A stretch of DNA of 23,595 nt from Fimbriimonadales bacterium (GTDB lineage Bacteria; Armatimonadota; Fimbriimonadia; Fimbriimonadales; ATM1), in assembly GCA_051003155.1 (NCBI GenBank), contig JBPCLO010000014.1:1-23595 (forward strand), in the 5' to 3' direction. Within the stretch, counting starts at the first letter, position 1; each line of letters begins with the position of its first letter. The notes under the pieces are model-generated. The model saw nothing but the letters and a program-made list of their open reading frames with translations. It was not told the origin of the DNA and ran no database searches. The position numbers and the translations under genes were made by a program. Below are positions 1 to 7,259 of this stretch, in pieces.

Positions 1-2
1 CG

Positions 3-224
3 GTTGCAGTCGTTGTCGAAATCCGCGATCTCGATGATAACATTCTCAGGCGGGTGGCACGTTTGCGGTACGATGAAGTGAATGAGACGACCGCTCGCTG
101 GGTCGGGCGGTGGAGAGCCTCGCTGCCGCCGGGCATAACGGATTTCAAGCTTACCGTGAGATGCGTGGACAGGGCAGGGAATATCGCCGCGCCCCAAGAA
201 GTTCCACTTCACTTCGGATTCTAA
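3..224 (+). CDS. 3' end of a CDS running in from the left edge; C-terminal Ig-like beta-sandwich domain
   Basis: Open frame from base 3 to TAA 222-224: VAVVVEIRDLDD...WVGRWRASLPPGITDFKLTVRCVDRAGNIAAPQEVPLHFGF*. The 'V.CVDRAGN' motif is typical of bacterial Ig-like domains. Same strand as, and 22 bp before, the next gene. Absent from the ORF track because it has no start. Confidence 0.7.
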   Translation, partial: VAVVVEIRDLDDNILRRVARLRYDEVNETTARWVGRWRASLPPGITDFKLTVRCVDRAGNIAAPQEVPLHFGF

Positions 225-246
225 GGCGACGAGAAACTAACATAGG

Positions 247-1398
247 ATGGTAAATAAGATGAACGCAAGGAAGCGGTTCGCAGCCGGTTCAGTTTTCGCA
301 TGTCTTGCCGGGGCGGCTTTCGCTGACATACCGGATATGCTCAGCTCTTTCGAGATGGGTGGCAGAGGGCTCGGCATGGGGGGTGCGATTTACTCGAATT
401 CCTCCGATCCGAGCGCGAGCTATTGGAATCCGGCTGGCCTCGGACACATCACAGCGAGCCAGGTCGAGGTCAACTTTAGAAACAGACCAAGCAACAACAC
501 GACGTTGACGGGCAACTTCAATAACCCAGACGAAGACACCCAAGGCACCTTCGGCCGCAACCAGTTTTCTTTCCTCGGCGTCGCGGTGCCTTTCCGGAGT
601 GGAACCCTCGGCCTTAGCTACGCGCTCGGCGGCTACGCACGCGAGCTTAGACAAGGAACCGGGTTGATCGTCGATCCTATCGAAAACATCACGGCAGACG
701 TCTTTACCAGGGACGCCGTGAGCGACGAGTTTATCACGTTGGCTTATGGAATGAAACGCGGTTCGTCCATGACGATTGGCGCAGGCGTCGTTTACGCTCG
801 AGAATCGATCATGAACCAAACTCAGATCAACCTTTTCCAGAACGGGGATCCGATTCCTGGTCCGGACCCGACCGACGACAACGAGACCGCCGACGGCTTC
901 GGAGCAATCGTCGGCGTACAGTTTCAACCGGGGAGCAATCCGAACACCTCGGTGGGAGTCAGCTTCAGGACGCCCATCAAGCTTAGCGGCTTCGACGTGT
1001 TCGATTCCTATTCCGACACCATCCCCGCGCGGCTTCAGGGCGGCATCATCTTCCGTAAGGACGGCCTTCGCGGCGGGCGGGATTATCTGATCGGTGGCAT
1101 TGACGCGGCATACTATTTCGCAGCCAACGGCGGCTTGGCTCTTGAGCGACAGGGACACGTCTCGGGGGGTATCGGCTTTGAATACAACCTCTCTCAATCT
1201 TATGGGTTCATCCCGCTACGACTCGGCGTTCGCGCCACTCAGTCCGGCGGCGATAACTTCACGCAACGAAACGCCGTAACGTTCGGCCTTGGCTATCGTC
1301 CGACGAACGGGCGCTGGTGGCTCGACCTCGGCGGCTCGTCCGGCGGCGGCTCCAGTCCCGACTTCGCGGTTTCGATCGGTTCAACTTTTGGAAGGTAA
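247..1398 (+). CDS. Outer-membrane beta-barrel protein, PorV/FadL(OmpP1/TodX)-like
   Basis: Signal peptide ending AAFA-D. N-terminal GGRGLGMGGA...DPSASYWNPAGL plug motif typical of PorV/FadL barrels. Alternating amphipathic strands to the C-terminus. Start could be ATG 259. Confidence 0.75.
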   Translation: MVNKMNARKRFAAGSVFACLAGAAFADIPDMLSSFEMGGRGLGMGGAIYSNSSDPSASYWNPAGLGHITASQVEVNFRNRPSNNTTLTGNFNNPDEDTQGTFGRNQFSFLGVAVPFRSGTLGLSYALGGYARELRQGTGLIVDPIENITADVFTRDAVSDEFITLAYGMKRGSSMTIGAGVVYARESIMNQTQINLFQNGDPIPGPDPTDDNETADGFGAIVGVQFQPGSNPNTSVGVSFRTPIKLSGFDVFDSYSDTIPARLQGGIIFRKDGLRGGRDYLIGGIDAAYYFAANGGLALERQGHVSGGIGFEYNLSQSYGFIPLRLGVRATQSGGDNFTQRNAVTFGLGYRPTNGRWWLDLGGSSGGGSSPDFAVSIGSTFGR

Positions 1399-1405
1399 GT
1401 CATTA

Positions 1406-2719
1406 ATGCTCGCAAAACGCACAACGATCCTCGTTCTCTTGGTCTCCTTTGCTGCACTGGCAGCGGCCCAAAGTTGGGTTCGCCCTTACGAGTCGGCGCT
1501 CAGGCTTGCGAAAGCCGGCGTATGGGCCGAGGCGAGGGCCCAGTTTCTTGAAGCGATCAAGGAACGCCCCGAAGATACGGATAGAGCGAGCCAGGTCGGC
1601 GGTTCGGTTGCCGATCGTAGGCCATGGCGAGGCGGTACGCCGTACTCCCCCAATTTCGGCGCTGCGTACTCATCGTTCAAGTTGGCTGCCTCTGCGCCGG
1701 ATGTCAAACAGAGGGACGAGCACCTAAAGGATTCCATCACAGGCTTTCAGGCTCTACTCAATAGGGGTCAGGTTAGCACCGAGACGATGCTATTCCTGGC
1801 GGCCGCTCTGTCGGCGAACAACCAGGTGAAGGAGGCGTCGGATATACAAACCCGTGCGCAAGGTCTGGAAGCCGACAAGGCCTTCAAGATCGACCGCGAG
1901 ATCCTCGATCCTGTCGATATCGCCGCGCTGCAGGGCAACACCCTACCGGTTGGCGTGACAGGTGGCGACCCGCGTACCGGCGGTCCGGTCCCCGGCCAGT
2001 TGCCTTTGGTCGGCATTGGAACGAAGACAGGCGTTGTTCCCGCGCTCGATTTCAAATATGCGCTGCTCATCGGCAATAACGCTCCAGATGGTCCGGCTCA
2101 CGGCGAGAACGATGTCGACCTCCTCAAGGAAGCGCTCATCAAACACTCCGGCTATCCGGAGGCCAACATCGTGGTCCTCAAGGGTGCTTCTTCGACTTCG
2201 ATAGTGGAAGCGGCCAAGGGACTCTCAGACAAGATGCCTGATTCCGGAACAGCGTTCGTTTTCTATACCGGTCCCGCAACTTTCGATCCGAAAACGGGCA
2301 AGGACTATCTTGGCGCGAGCGAATCCGGGGACAAAGTAGCGAAGCTCGAGCTGTTCCAATCGTTCGTTGCGAAGGGCGCCTCCATCTTCGCCTTCTTCCA
2401 AGTTGATCGGCCCATGGACCTCGAAGGCCGGTACTTCGGCATGGAAGTTCCGGAGTTCGGCCGCATTGCCCAGATGCAAGGCACTTCCCCGGGCGAGAAG
2501 ACATATGCGACCTTCTCGGAAGGGAAGCCTTACGGCGTCTACGCGCACGCGATGGCGCAGGTGTTGGAAGATACGCGCGACAACCGCATCGCAATTTCGG
2601 ACTTCGTTTGGAACACCTTCTACAAGATACGAAAGGGCGCAGCGGACGGTAGCGGTGGTGGAGCGCAGACTCCCACGCTCCCCGTCGTGGTGAGCATGAC
2701 CACTTCAGCGAGGTTCTAA
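1406..2719 (+). CDS. Secreted protein with N-terminal TPR-like helices and a C-terminal caspase-like (peptidase C14) domain, predicted catalytically inactive
   Basis: True start is ATG 1406 (MLAKRTTILVLLVSFAALAAAQ, a signal peptide), 7 bp after the barrel stop. KYALLIGNN...ENDVDLLKEAL...GYPEANIVVL matches the C14 fold start. The His site reads FYTGPA and the Cys site reads FFQVDR. Confidence 0.7.
   Translation: MLAKRTTILVLLVSFAALAAAQSWVRPYESALRLAKAGVWAEARAQFLEAIKERPEDTDRASQVGGSVADRRPWRGGTPYSPNFGAAYSSFKLAASAPDVKQRDEHLKDSITGFQALLNRGQVSTETMLFLAAALSANNQVKEASDIQTRAQGLEADKAFKIDREILDPVDIAALQGNTLPVGVTGGDPRTGGPVPGQLPLVGIGTKTGVVPALDFKYALLIGNNAPDGPAHGENDVDLLKEALIKHSGYPEANIVVLKGASSTSIVEAAKGLSDKMPDSGTAFVFYTGPATFDPKTGKDYLGASESGDKVAKLELFQSFVAKGASIFAFFQVDRPMDLEGRYFGMEVPEFGRIAQMQGTSPGEKTYATFSEGKPYGVYAHAMAQVLEDTRDNRIAISDFVWNTFYKIRKGAADGSGGGAQTPTLPVVVSMTTSARF
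2687..2719 (+). repeat. Direct repeat copy 1 (att-like; last 11 codons of the caspase-like gene)
   Basis: gtggtgagcatgaccacttcagcgaggttctaa; 28/33 identical to 3814-3846, with core 2697-2719 identical at 22/23. Confidence 0.9.
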
Positions 2720-3025
2720 ACGACTGTCGGAGACCTCAGTTTCACAATCGAAAGCCGCTGCACGGCGTTTCCGCTTACGAGCCTGGAGCAGAGGGTCCAG
2801 CTTTATAACTTCGAGACGACCTCGTGGGAAACGGTAACGACGACCCCGTCGAGCACGGACACGGTCGTCACGATCGATCCAACCGGGGACCCTAAACGTT
2901 TCGTCAAGGCAGGAGGCAGAGAGGAAGTCTTGGCCCGCGTGGGCTGGTATGAGGTCGGCCCGCTTAACACCCTCTCATGGAAAGTCGAAATCGATCAGGT
3001 CAAGTGGACGATCACCAAATCGTAA
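2720..3025 (+). pseudogene. Start-less 101-aa fragment: C-terminal domain of a secreted protein
   Basis: Open frame TTVGDLSFTIESRCTAFPLTSLEQRVQLYNFETTSWETV...DTVVTIDPTGDPKRFVKAGGREEVLARVGWYEVGPLNTLSWKVEIDQVKWTITKS*. It has no usable start and begins exactly at the repeat boundary. It resembles a C-terminal beta domain I recall from Fimbriimonadia exported proteins (recollection, not searched). Confidence 0.65.
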
Positions 3026-3042
3026 TCCCTTAGGAGAAGAAC

Positions 3043-3721
3043 ATGAGAAAATCTACGCTTACGATAATCTTGGTCGCGCTGAGCGTGCATGCCGCGGCTC
3101 AGCCTTACGGCGAACAGTTTTATGGCGGAGACTTGGATTTTAGGGCGTTTCTGGAATCGGGAAGAAACACCGCCATCGAAGACGCTCGCATATACGACAA
3201 TTTCGAAACGGCGGGAGTAGTCATCGAGTGGGTTTTTGCCAATTTGCTGTTAGAGGAAGATCAAGCCGCCACGCAGCTCTTCTACGAATTTCGCCAGAAC
3301 GTCGGCCCGGGCAATGGCGGCGACCTTGTTGCATCGGGAACCGTGGCCGCAATCACTTTTGAAACCGGAAACATCGGGTTCGGAATGAACGAGTGGCAAA
3401 TGTACGGAGACATTCCGAGGTTATCGCTTGAGCACGGCCACTATTGGTTCAGTGTCACCCCGGTCGGTAACGTTGCGGGCCATTACTACCAGCCCACGAC
3501 GACGGGCAAAATGGCATCGGCGAACCGCTCGGTGACGGCAACACGTACTACGACAGCGCACCTTCGGCGCCGAGTTCGACCCCGTGTCGGACTGGCTCGG
3601 GAAGGACACCTGGGACTTTTCGATGGGCTTCGGAAACTACGAGATCCCTGAGCCGGCGACGATAGCTGCCATCCTAGGCGGGCTTGGGCTGATTGCATGG
3701 CGCAAGCGTCGTCGTCCGTAA
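3043..3721 (+). pseudogene. PEP-CTERM sorting-domain protein with two -1 frameshifts
   Basis: SD (AGGAG), ATG and signal peptide. Frame 1 runs to ...YYQPTTTG. After a shift at ~3508-3511 it reads NGIGEPLGDGNTYYDS. After a shift at ~3558-3562 it reads TFGAEFDPVSDWLGKDTWDFSMGFGNYEIPEPATIAAILGGLGLIAWRKRRRP*, a canonical PEP + TM + basic tail. Confidence 0.85.
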
Positions 3722-3813
3722 TCGGGCTGCCCTTGTACCTTCACTGAATCATCCGGTTATGCCGTGGTACTTTTTCGAGATTCGAATGGGATATGCTGCC
3801 GGCGCCGTTGCTA

Positions 3814-3846
3814 GTTGTTAGTCTGACCACCTCAGCGAGGTTCTAA
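3814..3846 (+). repeat. Direct repeat copy 2 (att-like; overlaps the coaX 3' end)
   Basis: gttgttagtctgaccacctcagcgaggttctaa. It encodes VVSLTTSARF* on + (copy 1 encodes VVSMTTSARF*) and LEPR* of CoaX on -. Confidence 0.9.
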
Positions 3847-4587
3847 CGCCAAGCGAATCCCGTTGAGCGTTAGCCGCTCGTCGACGATGTCGATCTCTTC
3901 GCATAGCGGACCGAAGAGTTTAGCAAGGCCACCGGTCGCGATGACGGTGGCCCTTTCGCCAAGTTCGGCTTTGATCTTCTTCGCCAGAAAGTTGATCGCG
4001 CCAACGTATCCGTAGACGATGCCGGACTGAAGACTGCCACGTGTGTCGCGCCCGATCGCCTCTTTCGGCGCAGCGATGTCGACATTGGGGAGCTTGGCCG
4101 CACGCGAGAATAGCGCCTCCATCGCCACAATCGGCCCCGGCAGGATGCTTCCGCCGACATACTCGCCTTCTGGACCGACCACGTCGAAGGTGGTTGCCGT
4201 GCCGAAGTCCACCACAATCGCTGGAATGGCGTGAAGGGCCTTCGCGGCAACCGCGTTCGCGAGACGGTCGGCGCCGACGGCCGAAGGCGGATCGTAGAGC
4301 ACCGAGATGCCCGCCGAGCTTGCTTCGAGAAAGTGGATCTCCCTGTCGAGCCACCGAGTTGCGAAGAGATTTAATGCCTGCGTTAGCGCCGGTACGACGT
4401 TCGCGCAGAAAACCGCCTCCGGCTTCGGTTCGATACTCGACTCGCGACACAGGGATAAGTAGAAGTCGGCGATCTGGTCTTCCGTGGCGGCGTCGTCGGT
4501 CTGATGACGCCAGATCGCGCTCCAATCGGCACCGTCCCAAAGGCCGAAAACCGTGTGGGTGTTGCCTGCGTCAATCACCAAGAGCAT
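3832..4587 (-). CDS. coaX: Type III pantothenate kinase
   Basis: MLLVIDAGNTHTVFG, VGADRLAN, VVDFGTATTFD and IATGGLA motifs; 251 aa. Confidence 0.96.
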   Translation of the reverse strand: MLLVIDAGNTHTVFGLWDGADWSAIWRHQTDDAATEDQIADFYLSLCRESSIEPKPEAVFCANVVPALTQALNLFATRWLDREIHFLEASSAGISVLYDPPSAVGADRLANAVAAKALHAIPAIVVDFGTATTFDVVGPEGEYVGGSILPGPIVAMEALFSRAAKLPNVDIAAPKEAIGRDTRGSLQSGIVYGYVGAINFLAKKIKAELGERATVIATGGLAKLFGPLCEEIDIVDERLTLNGIRLALEPR

Positions 4588-5941
4588 GGGTTAGGTCCAC
4601 TCTTCCTTGAACTTGGCCACCGAGGTCTCGTTGGACCCTGGACACAATTTCGTCGGCGACAGTGTCGCGTTGAACTGAGTCTTCGGCTTCTACCATCACG
4701 CGGATCATCGGTTGGGTGCCGCTGGGGCGGACGACGATGCGCCCGCGTTCGCCGAACTCGCCCGAACGCATTGCGACCAGGTTATGGATCTCGACAGCCT
4801 CCTGCCAAACCTTTCTATCCGGTACGCGGACGTTCACGAGTAGTTGGGGCCAATTCTCGAAGACCGGGGGCAACTCCGAAGCCGCACAGCCGGACTTTCG
4901 CAAGACGCGGAGCAGCTGGAGGGCGGTGAGGAGACCGTCGCCGGTAGGCGTCAGGTCGCTGAATATGATGTGGCCGCTCTGCTCGCCGCCGACTTTCGCG
5001 CCGGTTTCGGCCATACGCTCAGCGACGTAGCGGTCACCCACACCCGTCCTTTCAAGAGTGATCCCGAGGCCTTCGAGAGCGCGCTCGAAGCCCATGTTGC
5101 TCATCACCGTTCCGACGATGATCGGCGGCTCCAGCTTGTCCCAGTTCTTCCAAAATGCCGACCAGATTCCCATCAAACGGTCGCCATTGATCAGCTTGCC
5201 GCCTTCGTCGCTGAACACACAGCGATCTGCGTCGCCGTCGAAGGCGATCCCGAGGGCCGCGTTCGATTCGACAGTAAGCTGTTGGATCATGCCTGGGTTC
5301 GTTGCGCCGCACTCGTGGTTAATATTCGTGCCGTCGGGTTGGTCGAACATCGAAACGACCTCGGCTCCCAGATTGCGCAGGAGTCGCGGTGCGATCGCGG
5401 ACGCCGCACCGTTTGCGCAGTCGACCGCGATGCGCAGACCGTCGAGCCTCTCCGGCAATTGGTCCGATAGCCAGAATTCGTACGCGCTCAGCAACTGCGG
5501 TTCCTGACTCAAAGCGCCGACCTGGTCACCGGCGATGCTCGGTAGGTTATCGATCAGAGCTTCGATTTCGGTTTCGGCGGTGTCGGTTAGCTTCCGGCCG
5601 TCGTGTCCGAGGAACTTGATGCCGTTATCTTCTGCGGGGTTGTGGCTGGCCGAGACCACGGCGCCCAAGTGAAATGTGTCGGAGGTGCGAACGGCGAACG
5701 AAACGCCGGGAGTCGGCGAAACACCCAGGGTCGTTACATCGACGCCCGCCGAGTTGAATCCAGCTGCGAGCGCCGCGCCCAGCATCGGGCCGCTCTTGCG
5801 GGTGTCTCTGCCGATAACTGCGCCGCCGCCCCCGCTGTTTCGCAGCCACGTTCCTGCGGCCCTGCCAAGACGAACGGCCAGATCGGGTGTTAGGTCTTTG
5901 TTGGCGACGCCCCGGATACCGTCGGTGCCGAACAGGCTCAA
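4571..5941 (-). CDS. glmM: Phosphoglucosamine mutase
   Basis: FGTDGIRG, SASHNP (phospho-Ser), FDGDADR (metal site), GGEQSGH and RPSGTQP motifs. TTG start overlaps the grpE stop; the 3' end overlaps the coaX start by 17 nt. Confidence 0.95.
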   Translation of the reverse strand: MSLFGTDGIRGVANKDLTPDLAVRLGRAAGTWLRNSGGGGAVIGRDTRKSGPMLGAALAAGFNSAGVDVTTLGVSPTPGVSFAVRTSDTFHLGAVVSASHNPAEDNGIKFLGHDGRKLTDTAETEIEALIDNLPSIAGDQVGALSQEPQLLSAYEFWLSDQLPERLDGLRIAVDCANGAASAIAPRLLRNLGAEVVSMFDQPDGTNINHECGATNPGMIQQLTVESNAALGIAFDGDADRCVFSDEGGKLINGDRLMGIWSAFWKNWDKLEPPIIVGTVMSNMGFERALEGLGITLERTGVGDRYVAERMAETGAKVGGEQSGHIIFSDLTPTGDGLLTALQLLRVLRKSGCAASELPPVFENWPQLLVNVRVPDRKVWQEAVEIHNLVAMRSGEFGERGRIVVRPSGTQPMIRVMVEAEDSVQRDTVADEIVSRVQRDLGGQVQGRVDLTHALGD

Positions 5942-6480
5942 GATTTCTTGCCTTTGCTGACACGTGCCTTCGTAGGGCGCAGAACCTTCTTGCCGATAGC
6001 GTATCCCCTTTCGATTTCGCCGATGACGGTGCCTTCGTCGTGCTCGCTGTCCTCGGTGGCAACGGCCTCGTGGATGTGCGGGTCGAACGGCAAGCCGACG
6101 GCAAGAATGGGCCGGACGTTGTACTCCTCGAGTGCGGCGCGCAACTGTTTGTCTACTAGACGGACGCCTTCGATAATGGATTGGACGTTCGTCCCTGCCT
6201 CCGCCGCCTCGAGAGTTCTCTCGAAGTTGTCGAGTACCGGCAGGAGCTTGCCGGCTAACCCACCGGCAACCGCTTCCTTGGCGTGCTGCATGTCCTGGAC
6301 AGAGCGACGGCGATAATTCTGGAGGTCCGCGATCGCGCGAAGCAATCCGTCGCGGGCTTCGGCTAACTGCCGTTCTAGATCTGCCACTTGTGCTTCGAGA
6401 TCGACAACTCGGCCGTCGTCCCTAACGTCCAATGAGCCTTCGGTCCCTGCGACGTCGTTCGGTTCTTCGGGTTCAATCAT
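5938..6480 (-). CDS. grpE: Nucleotide exchange factor GrpE
   Basis: LRAIADLQNYRRR, LLPVLDNFER, FDPHIHEAV and GY...KVLRP..ARV motifs. Confidence 0.96.
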   Translation of the reverse strand: MIEPEEPNDVAGTEGSLDVRDDGRVVDLEAQVADLERQLAEARDGLLRAIADLQNYRRRSVQDMQHAKEAVAGGLAGKLLPVLDNFERTLEAAEAGTNVQSIIEGVRLVDKQLRAALEEYNVRPILAVGLPFDPHIHEAVATEDSEHDEGTVIGEIERGYAIGKKVLRPTKARVSKGKKS

Positions 6481-6489
6481 CCAACGCCG

Positions 6490-6497
6490 ATTTTACC
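6490..6497 (-). promoter_or_regulatory. Putative extended -10 box (GGTAAAAT) 9 nt upstream of the grpE ATG
   Basis: Minus strand reads GGTAAAAT-cggcgttgg-ATG with no SD. The same motif precedes other SD-less starts in the window. Confidence 0.55.
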
Positions 6498-6506
6498 TGC
6501 GGGCAG

Positions 6507-7259
6507 CTAGTCGCCCCGCTGGATGATCCGGTTCATCGCGGGGTAGGAGTCTTTGGATTGTAGCTCGCGACGCTCTCCTCTTGGTCCACGGAACACGCGG
6601 AAAGTCGAGACGCTGTAGCCATGCTTTCCTGGATTCGCGACGTTGCCGCTTGCGCCACGCGCGTCGGACAACGTTTGCGGCTCGCGGACGCTGTCGACGA
6701 TTTGGATTATCGCAACGCCGTCTTCTAGGTGTGCTTTCCCGAGGATTTCGCACACGACCCGCTTGTCCTGGACTCGCGCGACGATCCGGACGGGCCAGGG
6801 GTGTGGATTTCTAAACCGCAAATCGATGTTGCTGTAGGCCACCGCGGCGTCTCGGCCAGGGGGGATATAGCCCGGAGCGAATCGGTGGCGGTGACGCTCG
6901 GTGATTTCCATTCCAGCAAGCAAGGCTGTGTTGTAGAGGGTAGAAGAGGTTTGGCAGACGCCGCCTCCCCACGTCCAAACCAGTTGGCCATTGAAGCTGA
7001 CGGGGGCCTTTCGGTAGCCCTCGTCTCGGGACCAAGTGCCGACGACCTTGTTGAAAGAGAATTCTTCGCCGGGGGCGATGACGACGCCATCGAGCTTTGA
7101 GAGCGCAAGTCCTGCATTCAGGCGCTGGCCCTTTACGCGACCTTCCAATGGCGTCGCGTACGCGGAAAGCACGACCTCGGGCGGAGGCGTCGCGACGAGG
7201 CCCAAAACGACACCACCCGCCAGCAGCGCTGTCGCGCCGAGCGGAACGAAAGCCTTCAT
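6507..7259 (-). CDS. VanW-family protein (VanW domain plus G5-like tail, N-terminal membrane anchor)
   Basis: True start is ATG 7259 (MKAFVPLG), in ATGA overlap with the A2M stop. IAPGEEFSFN, GGGVCQTSSTLYN, ERHRH, GRDAAV and DLRFRN are VanW signatures. Confidence 0.92.
   Translation of the reverse strand: MKAFVPLGATALLAGGVVLGLVATPPPEVVLSAYATPLEGRVKGQRLNAGLALSKLDGVVIAPGEEFSFNKVVGTWSRDEGYRKAPVSFNGQLVWTWGGGVCQTSSTLYNTALLAGMEITERHRHRFAPGYIPPGRDAAVAYSNIDLRFRNPHPWPVRIVARVQDKRVVCEILGKAHLEDGVAIIQIVDSVREPQTLSDARGASGNVANPGKHGYSVSTFRVFRGPRGERRELQSKDSYPAMNRIIQRGD

Noticed and set aside
289..1197. Long antisense or alternate-frame ORFs (289-1197, 7097-7906, 8801-9619, 16584-17663, 17972-18910 and others)
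   Set aside because: Shadow ORFs of real genes in GC-rich DNA, with no recognisable motifs.
1289..1405. N-terminal extensions given by the ORF track (1289, 7466, 14881, 17889, 20175, 20728 starts)
   Set aside because: They overlap neighbouring genes or precede clear signal peptides. Downstream starts (1406, 7259, 14965, 17949, 20445, 20401) fit better.
3043..3721. Phase variation by slipped-strand repeats in the PEP-CTERM genes
   Set aside because: The frameshift sites have at most 4-nt runs, and two genes carry two lesions each, so simple ON/OFF switching is unlikely.
3793..3846. 17-aa ORF MLPAPLLVVSLTTSARF as a small protein
   Set aside because: Better explained as the displaced copy of the caspase-like gene's 3' end; it has no SD.
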